This document shows positions 25,701 through 38,300 of a stretch of DNA of 55,872 nucleotides, piece by piece. Numbering within the stretch: position 1 is the stretch's first letter; each line of letters opens with the position of its first letter. The stretch is from Cyanophora paradoxa CCMP329 (taxonomy: Eukaryota > Plantae > Glaucophyta). The notes under the pieces were generated by a model. The model saw only the letters and a program-made list of their open reading frames with translations. It was not told where the DNA came from and ran no database searches. The stretch spans positions 1 to 55,872 of the forward strand of contig QPMI01000650.1 in the NCBI GenBank assembly GCA_004431415.1. The letters are read 5' to 3'. A program made the translations under genes and the position numbers.

Positions 25701-28153
25701 ATGTTCGCCAAGCTGTTCGGCTCGAAGAAGCTGCAGTCTCCCAAGCCCGCGGGCCCGGCAAACGCTCAAGCGCTGAGCCCCGACCGGCACCAGGCATTCC
25801 TCGCAGCTTTAGATCAGGCGAGCACCTCCCCGCGTCGCGAAGTGCGCTCTGAATCCCAGAGCAGAAGCTCGATGAATTCCTCCTCCAAGCCGTGCCTCCT
25901 CCTGGCACAGACGTCGTCTGGGGGGACGAAGGGATCTGGGAAGGCCACCGGTTCCTGCGACGGTGCGCGCGAGAAGCGCAGGGCTCGCCAGAGATCCGAT
26001 CGGCATCCCCGGCCCGGCGCCGCTCCGATCAAATAGGCAACCTCCGCGCAGAGATCTGACGCGTGACGTGGCGCGCAGGGAGTCACCGGACGCGGTTTAC
26101 GCGTACATCAAGGCGCACCTCGACTTCCCGAACATCCCTCCCGACTTCGTAGTGAACGCGCTCTACGTGAGGGACCGCTCCGCAGTGCGGCCGCGCTCCC
26201 CGCCTCAAGCTTTAAGCTGGGGCCGGCCCGCGTGATGACCGGGCCGCGCCTCCATCCGACGACAGGTCCTCAACCCCCACCTGAAGATGACCCACATCGA
26301 GTGTACGCGCGCGCAAACGACCCCTCGCTTCTCCTGAAGCCGAGCCGCGGGACTCCGCCCACCGAACGGCGCGCAGCTCTGAACGAGGCGACGGTCGTGA
26401 CGCGGCACCAGGTCAAGCTCCTGAGTGCGCGCGGGACCGCTGGCCCCGCCCTCCTACGCCGGGTCGAATCTGAGCCCCCGCGCCCCCGCGCGCGAACCCC
26501 CGCAGTGTTCAAGGTCGACTCGTTCGTGGCGCACGCGATGCGGAGTACCCCCCGCGGGACCGCCGGCGTTCAGATGGCCTGCAGCGCCGACCCGGAGCGT
26601 TCCTCCTGGAAGGCTCGCCGCCCCCTTCCCCTCTTCCCCTCTCCGCGCGCCTCATACCCCCCCCCCCCCCCCCCCCCACAGTTCGACCCCCAGCCGTACA
26701 TGTACCTCAACATGACCGGGAGGCGAGGGCCGGCCGCGCGCGTACCCGCCTCCCGGGCGCTCGGTCCCTTACCCCGGCCGCAGCATCATCCAGCCGCATC
26801 CCACCGAGGCGGGGGGTACGCGCCTCACGATGCTCCACAAGGACCTCCTCAAGTTTAAGAGCTTTTTCATCCCCAAGAAGAGTGCGGCGTACCCGGTCCC
26901 CGTTCAGCGCTGTACCCCCGCCGAAGCATCCCCCGCCCTCACCGCAGTTCGAAAGGACCTCGCGCTGAAGATCCTGGCGGGTACTCTGACCAAGATGAAC
27001 CAGTGCGGCGAATCCCCCCCCCCTCCTCCCCCTCTCCCCCCATTCGCCCTGCGGACTCAGCTGACGGGGGTACAGGATCGTGCGGGAGGATTTCGCGACG
27101 GCGCAGGCGGGGAAGCCCCTCCCACCGGCCCCCAACTCCCTCACGCAGGCGCGCGGCTCCCTCCCCACGGCGCTCCGTGGGCCCCGTAACCCCCTCCTCT
27201 AATCCCCTACCCACCCACAGCTCGGCGCCGCGGCCGCCGCCAGGCACGGGGACGAGGTGAGCTGCCCCCCCCCCCCTCCCCCCCCCGGGGCCCCTTCCCC
27301 CCCCCCCCCTACCACATCTCACTTGTCCCCCCTTGCAGTCCCGCCCCAGCACAAGCAGCACAGGCTCCCTCTCCTCGTCCGCGCCCCCCTCCAGAGACAT
27401 GGCGCGCCGCTACCCGCCTCTCACTACACCCCCCTTCCCCACCCCGCCTTGTCTAAGCCGGGCGCCGCCGGCAGCTCACGCTGGCGCCCGGGGACGTCGT
27501 CGAGAGGCCGGAGAGCAGCCGCGGCCCCGCCTCCCGCCCCGCCTCCCGCTCGGCCCTCCCGACGCCCGCAGGCGAGCCGGCCACAGGCACCCAGATCCTA
27601 CAGGCGCGCCGCCTCTTACCCCCCGGCCCCCCTCCCCGCTCGAGCCGAACCTGTACCCCCGCAGGTCCGGGGCATCCAGCCCGAGCAGCTGGGCGAGCAG
27701 CTCCAGGCGCGCGTGCCGCGGCACCCGATCGCGAGCGATCCGCGCCGTACCCCCCTGACGCCGCTGGCGCGCGTACCCCGCAGGAGGTGATGGAGCTGGT
27801 GGCAGACGCCCTCGTGGAGGGGGGTACGCGGTTCGAGGACCTGGGCGGGCTTGACGTCCGGGCCCCCTCAAAGAAGAAGAAGGACAGGGCCCCCGCGGGG
27901 TACGTGCGCGTGGCCCGCGGCTCCAGGGGACGGCACCGCCCTCGGGAAGCTAATCATAAGTCTGAGCAGGGGTCCGCCGGGGCCCGCCCCGGAGGTCATC
28001 GAGGTCCCGCCCCCCAGCAGGCCGGGCTCCAAGGCGTCCATGGCCGCCCCCGGGCCCTCGCCCGAGTCGGCGGCGGCCGCCCCGGCGGCGGCGGCGGCGC
28101 GCCCCGCGCGGATGGACGCCCACGAGGAGGCCCTCCCCGGCTCCATAGGCTAG
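25701..28153 (+). CDS. Hypothetical multi-exon protein
   Basis: MFAKLFGSKK start, with consistent exons (ESPDAVYAYIKAHLDFPNIPPDFVVNALY; MLHKDLLKFKSFFIPKK; MELVADALVEGG) between C-rich introns. Stop at 28151-28153. Confidence 0.65.
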
Positions 28154-28714
28154 CGGCCGGCGGCCGTCGCGCTCCCTCCCGTTTCGTATTGGCGGTCTCG
28201 CACTAGTATGGATCGTACCCTAGCTATAGTACTAGTGCTAGTATCTAGATTTTGCCGTAGTAGTAACGTAGAATTCGAACCTGCTTTTTCAAGTTTCGAC
28301 CGTCGGACGCTTTTGCATCTGCATCCCCGCCGAAGTGATGTTAGTGGTGCCTAAGGCCTCGTACATGCATATGTACATCGTTAGCGTTCGTTGCGGCTGG
28401 CCGCCGGCTCGCGGGGTTAACGTTCCGCACCACAATCGATATCAACCAAAATTAATATATATTAACCGCGGCGCGTCCCGGCCCGCGCCGCACCCGATGG
28501 CGAGCCTCGGACCCGGAGCGCGCGCGAATCTTGGTAAGGCGAGTGCTGAGCGATGCGAATGCGATACATCACGCCGCGATTACGCGCGCGAGATATCGAT
28601 TAAGCCGCGCGCCGGCCCCGCCGCCGGCCCGGCGCCGGGCGCCTCCGGGGTACATCGTTCGAGAACCTCAATCACAGTTCAATCACAGCGGCTCTCCCCT
28701 TCCAGCGAGCAGCA

Positions 28715-29555
28715 ATGGCTTTCGTGTTCACCGCCACCCCCGTCGGCTCGAAGAGCGCTTTCGGCGCTGCCGTCCAGGGCCGCGAGGTCGCCGTCTGCCG
28801 CAAGCCGGTCGAGCGGACCATCCGCGCCGCCGATGGCCCCGAGTGCGTTCCTCGCCCTCCCATTAGCTTTTTCTTTAGGGGCCGTTGGCCGAGTGCGGAG
28901 ACCGCCGCCTCACCGCCGCGCGGGGTGGCTGACGCCGCTCCGGCGTGGCCGGCCTCAAAACCCGAGGGGGAGGCTCAACGCGCCCGAGATCCGCCCGTTC
29001 AGTGACTACGGTCGTGCACTGACGTACACGTTGTTCCGCAGGCCCACCTCGGCCGGCGAGGAGCTCGAGAAGGTGCTCTCCCCGCCATTTCGCTCCGCGG
29101 CCCTCGAGTGCCGCCGCTGAACTAACGACGCTGTGGTGCAGCTGCCGTGGAACTTCAACAAGGCCGTCGGCCTGTTCAAGAGGTATGCCCGCTCAGAACC
29201 ATAATTCGATCCACGGCGGGCCTGACGTCGACGCGCCCGCAGCGACCTGGGCGCCATCACTGAGGTCGTGTTCAACCGCCTGCCGAACCTCTTCGGCGCG
29301 GGCCGCATGGACTACACCTCCCAGGTGGCTGCGCCGCCCCGCCGCCCGCGCTTGTCGCGCCGCTCAGCCGCCGCGCGCCAGGTGAACGAAGTGTCCGCCG
29401 GCGAGTTCGGCTACGTGGAGAAGAAGACCGTGGTCCGCCCGACGATCGCCCCCAAGAAGCGCGACCCGGAGGTGCTCAGCAAGCAGATCGGCCGCGTCTC
29501 GGCCGGCGGCGAGCCCGACTTCCTCTCCATGGCCCGCGACGTCAAGAAGAACTAA
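28715..29555 (+). CDS. Small nucleus-encoded plastid-targeted protein of unknown function
   Basis: MAFVFTATPVGSKSAFGAAV...RTIRA resembles a glaucophyte/red-algal transit peptide with an N-terminal Phe. Strong C/G-ending codon bias. The junction near 28843-28970 is ambiguous. Confidence 0.7.
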
Positions 29556-30243
29556 GCGGCGCCTTGGCTTTCTCCTATCCGCATCCGCCCCCCTCCACCT
29601 CCACCTCCTCCCTGTTCAGCATCGGGTTTTCAGGCAGTGGGGTCCCCCTTTACAGGCAGTGCTTTGATGCCCCGGGCTTAAGGGTTGTAATTGGGTAGCG
29701 TGTCCCCGTGAGTTCGTTGGCATCGTCGATCGTGTCGTTTGGCTGTAGAGATGAGAATATGTAATCATGAGCTCATGATGGATCCCGACCGGCGCCCAGG
29801 CTCACATCGCCGCGGCCGAGCTTGAGCCGGGGCGGGCCCTGATCTAGATCTGTAGCGCTAGCGCTAGCTACGTATACGTATACACCGGGGCATGCGTACT
29901 GCAGCAACTCGGAAAATTAACTTGGTAAATTGCTAAACTCATTGCATGTACAAGTTGTTATTTGCATGTAGACGTGCAACAACAGTCAATATTAATTGCA
30001 ACTTTAACATGTACGTACACATGTCAACAGAGGCCCAGGGCGGAGTGGGCCGGCAAGCCTAAGCGGATTTCAAAACCACAGAAGCTGACGTGGATTGAAG
30101 CTATTCACAAGAAGGCTGAAGGTCAAGGACGATCCTCTCACTAATGTGCACCCTGAAGTGCCCTAGGCCTACGATTCAGTTCGCCGGCAAAAAGAATCGG
30201 TTCGAAGGGCAGCGGGCAGGGGTACGGTCTCGAAGCGGACCCC

Positions 30244-31519
30244 TCAGTACCACGGCTCCGGCTGCTGCGCGAATTCGGAGGCGAATTCGTTCTTGACGAC
30301 GACGCGACGAATGGAATTGGTCGTCACGACGCGGCGGGTGGGCGCCTTGAACTGAGCGGTGTGCCGCACGGGCACTCGCCCCGCCTGCCACGCCGCTCAG
30401 AACGACCGAAGCTTACGCTTCCGGCGCCCGTCGAGACGGGCGGCTCACCTGAAAGTCGAAGCGCGCGTTCCCGGAAGCGCGCGGGGCGTACGCCGGGGCT
30501 CGGAAGGGGCGCTGCTGCTGAGGCCGCCGGACGGCCGCGACCGCGGGCGCGGGACCCGGGGCCACGTTGTGCAGAGCATTGTACAGCCTGAGCGTCGCGC
30601 TGGCCCGCAGGTCGACGTGCTTGATCTGCGGATCGATCGCTTAGCCCAGCGATTCGGCTGGGCGGCTAAGATCTAGGGCCGCACATCAATCTCTTCCAGA
30701 AGGGTGGCGCCCCAGTCGATTCTAATCCGCTCTTCGTATGATAGGTCTGCAGCTGTAAGTATCAAGCCTGCGCAGACCTTCATTGTTCTGAGCGTTGTTG
30801 TACTGGAGCGGGCCTGCACGAACCACAGCGGGCGTGCACAGCTTCTTCCAGACTTCTTCCCGGGAAGTCCGGAGCTCCCAGAGAAGCTTTGACTTGCGCC
30901 TGATCTTCTCTAAGAACCTGCAACAGATATCCCATATCAGCTCGAGTCAGGAATTCAAGGGCGGATCCGCGCACGTCAATGTATCTCACGGAGCCTCTCT
31001 CGATTGCGTAGAATTCTGCCAACCTCCTGATGCCCTGCGTGATGTTCAGCTTGTCTTCCATGTGCAACCGCCAGCTGCAGATCGATATCGCACCTCATCT
31101 TGCTTTGCGCCCACCTTGATGATAGCATCGTCCAACAGAATCTCTCTGCGAGGTCGGCCGTCGGCGGTGACGGCATAGAGCGCTGGTGCTGAGGCATGCT
31201 CACATCAGGGGCAGGGGGATCTGCCCGCCGCATCTCGAGACCCTCCAAAGCGCGCAGAAGTTTTCCGTCACCGTAGTGATGAGCGCAATCGGCTCGTCTC
31301 CCGGTCCGGCAGGCTGGGTGCGCATGCACATGAGCGAGCTCGAGCGGGCCTAGGACTCGCACAGCCTGCACGCACCACGTTCCAGTCGATATTGATGCCG
31401 ATCGCGCTTGTTCTCGACTTGTGCAGGTCGCCTCTGAGCCTGTCTGCCGCCTGCTTTGCAACCTTGTCGTCCACCGCGCACACGATCCAAACCGCGGATC
31501 TAGGATGAAGGAGAAGCAT
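30244..31519 (-). CDS. WRN/DnaQ-like (DEDDy) 3'-5' exonuclease-fold protein, copy A, with degenerate catalytic motifs; start uncertain
   Basis: AIGINIDWN (ExoI-like), PIALITT, ILLDDAIIKVG, RIDWGA, IKHVDLRASATLRLYNAL (ExoIII-like). Final exon ends PEPWY*. Confidence 0.6.
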
Positions 31520-32162
31520 GTCAACGCCGAGACTGCTGACTGGGCGTCGTGTGAGGCCTTTGGGCGACTGCCGAGCGAGCGCCGAGTGCGAGTGCGATTC
31601 CCGTCTGAGGCCGACTGCTCCTGAGACGAGAAGCTGCGAGGCTGCTTCTATCTTGCAGCTGGCTAGCCGCGTGATCCGGGTTACCCGTCTTCCAGAATGC
31701 TGAGCAGCGCACGCCTAGTCGCGCAGTTCCAGAGACCAGGAGCTGCGCTGGCCTTTCTTGCGCCTCCGCGGGCGCCTCCAAGAGCTCCCTCGCACCTCCA
31801 AGAGCTCCTCTCCTCTGGCGCAGGCGACGGGCTGGTCCAGAGGTCCGAAAGCTCACGTACCCGGGCCGAGCGCCACTCAGCGACCACTGCGCGGCCACTC
31901 ATCGGCCACTACTGGCATCGCCCGGCACTCAGCGTGCTCTAGCTTGCCTGTAGGCGATGTGCAGACCGCTGCAGCGCCCTCGGAGGCTGGACGGGCGAGT
32001 TCGGGAAGAGCGCTTAATGCGATCCAGGCAAGTTGTGGCTACGCTCGAGAAAGCTCTAGCTAAGGCAGCAACATCGTTTGACGGCAAAAGCGAGCTGCGC
32101 GGCGCACCCGCCGCTGGGCTGCTGAGCGTACGCGTACGCGGCCGCGCCGCGGCCGCAGCGCC

Positions 32163-32830
32163 ATGTCGAGCGCGAGGGCGAGGGATGTGCGGAACTTCCG
32201 GGCAAATCGTTCTCGCAGCCCGATGACGCTGTGAGTGCCGAGCCCGCCGCCCTAGCTATAGGCCTCCGACTTGCGCTGATCATGAGACTAGCGCTAGCGC
32301 GCGCGCGCTAGCGCGCGCTGATCATGATCATGATCATGATCACCCCGCGCGCGCGCGCAGCCTTCCGCGCCCGTGCTGCCGCCGCTGGATCCGGACTCGC
32401 CACGCGGGCAGCGGCCGCGGGAGGAGACTCAGGAGAGATGAGCAGGCACTGCGCATGCGGCGGCAGCTTGAGATATCGGTCTAGAAGGCGGATGTACCCG
32501 GTCGTACTGCAGCTGCCCCGCCTCTTCCCCACGTCCTCCGCCATCCTCTTTACGTAGTACTAGTACGTATACATAGGTTTTAGATGAGGCGACGGGCGAG
32601 GCCGCGCGGCGGGCCGCAGAGCTCGGAGAAGAATGCCGCGGCGCCCCGTACCCCTCCGAATGACGCTGTACCCCCTCCCCGGTCGTCCCGCAGGCGCTGG
32701 ACGGGGCGGAGGGTGACCGCCGGCGCCTCCTCGCGAGCCTTGCCTCGATGGACACATTCGTCCAGACCCCCCTACCCCCCACCCACACGTCTCCCGTACC
32801 CCCTCACGGCCTCCCCCCCCTCCCCCCCCC
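32163..32830 (+). pseudogene. Deleted duplicate of the coiled-coil/RING gene
   Basis: 32163-32270 copies 35328-35430 (MSSARARDVR...) and 32585-32830 copies about 37090-37335. The intervening exons are missing and a palindromic repeat insertion lies at 32280-32360. Confidence 0.8.
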
Positions 32831-33257
32831 CGCCCCTCACGTCTTTGAGAATTTGTGATCATCGGATCTTGCAGCTGCGCTAGAGCACACGCGTACGGGC
32901 CCCGGGCGCCGGCGGCACCCCATGCTAGCGCCGCGCCGTACACATGTCAGGCTGTATTGTACATTTCGCGCGCCGTACACATGTCAGGCATGTCAACGTT
33001 AACATATAGTAATTCATGATTACCATTACGATCAACGTGGCACAGACAGCTTCAACACATCGAATGGAGGCCCAGCGCAGATTGGGCCAGCAAGTCTACT
33101 AGGCTAATTACTAGGCTAGTTATAAGTCAATCAAGAAACGTTAAACATAACTACACAAGCACGGCGGAGGCCCAGCGAGGATTGGGCCCCCGCCACATCG
33201 TCGAAGGGGCTGGAAGGAGACCTCTACGACTACTTATTTACACCCTAGGAGACCCCC

Positions 33258-34659
33258 TCAGTAGTTCCACGAGGCCAAGTAGCCGCCCGGCGCGAACGCG
33301 GCCGGCTGCTTGAGGACGACTTGGCGGATGGGCGCCCGGGGACCGCGCTGCGCCGCCCGGCGGGCGCCCGACTTGAACCGGGCGGTCTTCCGCACAGACA
33401 ACGGCACCTGCGACGTCGCTCACATGATCAGGTGCCACGAAAAGAGGGGGGGGCGGGGGGGGCGGGGGGGGAAGGTCGCACTTCGAGGACGACTATCCTG
33501 TTCCCGACCCAGTGCCGGACGCGCTTGGTCGCCTTGACGTTCGTGCGCCTCGGCTGCCGGATGCGGATGCCGTGCCTGCGGGACGGAGGCGCCTGCGGGG
33601 CGGGCTCGTAATTATAAGCCTGTTCAGCGTCGTCGATCCCCTCCTCCTCCTCCTCCTCCTCGAGCTCGAGGGCCTGTTGCGCGTCCAGCTTCTCCTTGAG
33701 CGTGTTGTGCAGGATGAGCGACGCGAAGGCCCGCGCGTTCGCGTGGTCGATCTGCAGCGAGAGTTAGGCCTCAACTTGGGCGGCGGCGGCGGCGGCGGCG
33801 GCGGCGATCTGGGCCGCACGGCGGAGGTGTGTAGACGGGGAGCGGCCCAGTCGATGGAGCGTGGGTTGGGTACGAGGAACTCGCCCAGGTCCATACCTGC
33901 GGTAGCGCATCGGGATCACCACTCAAAGCCATACAAGGCTTCGCGAACGCCCGCGCGAACCGCAGTGTTCAGAAAAAGCCTCCTCCAGACTCAAAACATT
34001 CTTGGCGTTCATGAACTCTTGCTCAGCAAGGAGAGCCTGCGCGCCTGAGAGTGTATACGCAAAGTACAGTAAATGTGCTCACGTCAACGTAGTTCACGTC
34101 TTCCCGGGCGATTCCATACTCCGCCAGCCTCTGAAGGCCCTGCGCAAAACCCTTTCATTAGTCTCAAGGTTCTCGTCGATTCAGTGGGCATCGGAACGCA
34201 CCGGCTGTTGCAGAGCGCCAATCTTGGCGATTTTATCGTCCGTCAAGATGTCTCTGCAAGTTTACCTGCTAAGCGCCGGGGCAGAGCGCTGGAGTGTGCT
34301 TCCGCACCTCAGAGGCGGTGGCATCAGTAGCATTCGCCCCCGCCTGCATCGGGACAGTCTCCAGAGCACGCAAACATCTTTAGTCACCGTTGTGATGAGC
34401 GCGATTGGGCAGCCGTCGGGTCTGGCAGGCTGGTTCGCGGCCGGCCGCGGGTTATGATCAGACTTCCAGCGCCGCGCCGCATCCTGGCAAGGTGTAGGAC
34501 AACCCGCACCCATACGTTCCAGTCGATCTTGATGCCCATGGAACACGTCCCCGTCTGGTGCAGGTCGGCTCTAAGCCTGGCTGCGGCCTGTTGGGCGGCC
34601 TTCATCTTATCGTTCAACGAGCACACGATATGACGCTTGTTCGGGCCGTGGATGAGCAT
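33258..34659 (-). CDS. WRN/DnaQ-like exonuclease-fold protein, copy B, with degenerate catalytic motifs; start uncertain
   Basis: SMGIKIDWN, PIALITTVT, DILTDDKIAKIG, SIDWAAPRL, IDHANARAFASLILHNTL. Ends ASWNY*. Collinear with copy A. Confidence 0.6.
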
Positions 34660-34686
34660 GTTGTCTCCTCGTGCTTGCTAGTGTGA

Positions 34687-34725
<39 letters not shown>

Positions 34726-35327
34726 GGTACTTTCTGGAATTGGCCTGCCTGGTGCTGCTGTTCAGGCGAGAACAGCTGCTGATGATGTGTCTAGGCAAGA
34801 ACAGTTAATGCTCGCCGGCAGGCACCGCAGTGCCGAGTGCGGCTTGGGACTTCTAGCTTCTATAGCTAGCTTGCAGCTGGCTAGCCGCGTAATCCGGTGG
34901 CTAGCCCTTCCAGAATGATCAGCGCCCGCCTCGGCCGCGCGGTTGCAGAGAACAGAAGCTGCGCTGGACTCTTTCGCACCTCCAAGAGCTCCTCTCCTCT
35001 GGCGCAGGCGACGGGCTGTTCCAAGGTCCGAAAGCTCGCGTACCCGGACAGAGCGCCACTGAGCGGCCACTCGGCGGCCACTCAGCGGCCACTACTGGCG
35101 TCGCCCGGCACTCATCGTGCTCTAGCCTACCCCCGCAGCGCTCTAGGAGCACCCCCGCAGCGCTCTAGGGGGCTGGACGGGCGAGTTCGGGAAGAGCGCT
35201 AAATGCGATCCAGGCTAGAGCCGGCTACGCTCCAGGAAGCTCTAGCTAAGGCAGAGACATCGTTCGGCGGCAAAGGCGAGCTGCGCGGCGCACCCGCCGC
35301 TGGGCTGCTGAGGCGTACGCGGCGCCA

Positions 35328-38300
35328 TGTCGAGCGCGAGGGCGAGGGATGTGCGGAACTTTCGCGGCAACTCGTTCTCGCAGCCCGATGACGCTGTGAG
35401 TGCCGAGCCCGCCGCCCTCCGACTCGCTCTGAGGCTCACCCCGCGGCCGCAGCCCGCGCCCGTGCCGCCGCCGCTGGACTCGCCGCGCGGGCCGCGGGAG
35501 GAGACTGAGGAGCAGGCACTGCGGCGGCAGCTCGAGGAGAAGGCGGAGGTCGTGCGCGCCCTGCAGCGCAACTTCGAGAACCTGAGGCGCGCCTCCTTTG
35601 AAACCTCTGCGGCCTCCGCGCTGGCCTCACGCCCCGCGCGCAGCAACCTGTACAAGACGGACCGCGCGGCGTGGCTGGAGACGCAGCAGCGGGAGGCGCG
35701 CCTCGCGCAGGAGATGGGCGACCTCAAGGCGCGCGTCGCCGAGCTGGCCGACTCCAACCGGCACCTCCTGGGCCCGCTTTTTCCCCCCCTCCCCCCCAAG
35801 CAATCCATTTTGCGTACCCCTGAGACCCCGCCGCAGTGAACGCGGCGAAGCTGGAGCCGCTCAAGGCGGAGAACGTTTCCCTGAAGGCCGCCCTGTGCGC
35901 CCCTGTACCCTTCCCGGCTCTCCTGTACCCCGGCCCAATCTTTTCTTACGGGCGGGGGCCAGTGCGGAGCGGGAGGGGCAGCTGCGGGAGGGGGCGAAGG
36001 TGCGGGAGGAGGGGGCGCGGACCATCGACGGCCTCGAGCGGCGCCTCGCGGCCGCCGGCGCCGACCTCGCCCGCCTCCAGAGGCCCGCCGGAGCCGCCTC
36101 CTCTTCCTCCTTCTTTGCCTCCTTCGTCCCCTTAAGCTGCCCGGCAGGTCCCAGCAGGAGGCGGGGAAGCTCGCCGAGGAGCTCGCCGCGAAGGGCCGCG
36201 CCCTCTCCGAGGCCCAGGCGCAGCTCGAGTACCCCCCCGGGACCCATTCCCCCCCTGCCTCCCGTCCTCCCCGCCGACGCCGCGCCTCCCAGGGCCGCGC
36301 AGAAGGAGAGGGGCAGGCTGCAGGAGGCGCTCTCGTCCGCCGAGGCTCGCCACGCCGAGGTCATCGCCCGGGTGCGCCCCGTACCCCCCTTGCGTTCGTT
36401 CGCGCTGTACCCGTCGGCTCAAGGGCGACCCTCCCGCCCGCGCGGGCGCAGCTGGCGGCGGCGCAGCGGTCGGGGGGCGAGACGGCGGACCAGCTGCGCG
36501 CCCGTGCGGAGGCGGCCGAGCGGTCCGGCGCCAAGGCGGCGTGCGCGTACCCCCTCTTACCCCCTTCTTCCTCACCCGAGCGGTCGGAGGCAGGGCGGAT
36601 CGCGATGCCGCCAGGTCCGCCTGCGCCGCCGCCGAGGAGCGCGCCGCGGCGCTGCAGGCGCGCATGTACCCCTCACCTCCCGCCCCGCCCCGCCCCGCTT
36701 CGTTTCGAGTACCCCCGCAGGGACGAATCATGGAAGCGCTCGCCGCGCAGCGGGCGGCGGAGGCCGCCACAGAGGCCCAATCGGCCGCGCTCCGGTACCC
36801 CCGCCTCCATCGTCCACCGCCCCTTTCCGTGACTCAAACGGGGGTACAGGGCCGCCGAGGGCCGTCTCGCCGAGATCGATGGCCGGCTGCGGTACCCCCC
36901 ATCCCTCCTTTGACTTCGTTGTACCCCCCTCGAGGCTCTCGGCAGGGAGGAGGCGGGGCGGGCCGAGAGGGCCGAGGCGGCTCTCGCCTCCAGCCGGGCC
37001 ACGGCCGAGTCCCTCGCTGCGGTACCCCCTTTCCCGCCTGGAGCCGTACCCCCTCTTCCCGACGCCCTCCCCCGTAGGCCTTGGACGACGCGACGGGCGA
37101 GGCCGCGCGGCGGGCCGCAGAGCTCGAGAAGAACGCCGCGGTGTGCCGTACCCCTCCGAACGACCACCATGTACCCCCCTCACCGGCCGTCCCGCAGGCG
37201 CTGGACGGGGCGGAGGGCGACCGCCGGCGCCTCCTCGCGAGCCTTGCCTCGATGGACGCATCCGCCCAGGCGCCCGGGCCTACCCCCTATGCTCATGTAT
37301 CCCGTACCCCCCTCACGGCCTCCCCCCCCCCTCCCCCGCAGGCGGCCGTCGCTACGCTCGTGCAGACGCGGGAGGGCCTCCGCGGTGCGGCGTACCCCCT
37401 TGGCTCCCAAACCCGTACCCACCCGGGCCCCAGCGGCGGAGGAGCGCGCCCGGCGGCTCGAGGGCGACCTCGCGGACCGTTCCTCCGAGGTGCGCCGTAC
37501 CCCCAGCCCGGCCTCCATTCCCCCCTCTTTCGACCTTCAAACACGTACCCCACAGCTGGCGGAGACGCGGGGCGTCCTGACGCGCGCGCTGGCGGAGGCG
37601 GCGGACCGGGTGAGGCGTACCCCCCTCCCTCCCACACCTCCCCTATCCCCCGCCCTCCCCGTGCGACGGCGCCGCAGGGGAGGGAGCTGGAAACGGCGCG
37701 GGGCGAGCTGGCGGGGGCCAAGCGGGAGCTGGACGCCGCGCGGGGCCAGCTGGACGGGGAGCGGGGCCGCCGCCGCGCCGCCGTGCGCCCCCGCGCGCCT
37801 CCGCTTTGCGCGACTCGAGCTTTGCTGGAGCCCTATTATCCGCTTATTTGCTCAACAGCCTCCTTAGCTTTAGTCTTAGCTTGTCTTAGTTCGGCTGAGC
37901 TTCTCTCACGATTGTCTCAGGAGGCGGCGCTGGCGGAGGAGCGCGGGGCGCTGGCGGAAACGCGGGGCGCTCTGGAGGGGGCCCGCGCGGACCTCGAGCG
38001 GCGCGCCCGGGAACTGGAGGCGGCGCAGGCGGCGGGACAGGGCGCCGCCGAGGAGGCCCGCCGGCGCCTCGAGGGTGCGCCGGCCTGCCTGCTGCCTCTC
38101 TCTCTCTCTGTCTGTGTTTGACGAGGACGTGCTTCGGACGCGCAGAGGAGCGGCGGCAGCGCGAGGAGGCGGCATCTGCGCTCGAGGCGGCGCGACGGGA
38201 CCTGGAGAGGCGATCCAAAGAACTGGAGGCTGCGCAGGAAGCGGCGTCGCGGGGTACGGAAGCAGAGCGTCGGGCGGCGGAAGAGGCTAGGCAGAAGCTT

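Noticed and set aside
34688-34722. (CAG)n tract as a polyQ exon of exonuclease-like copy B
   Set aside because: Not in frame with the downstream ATG at 34659, and coding status cannot be determined from sequence alone.
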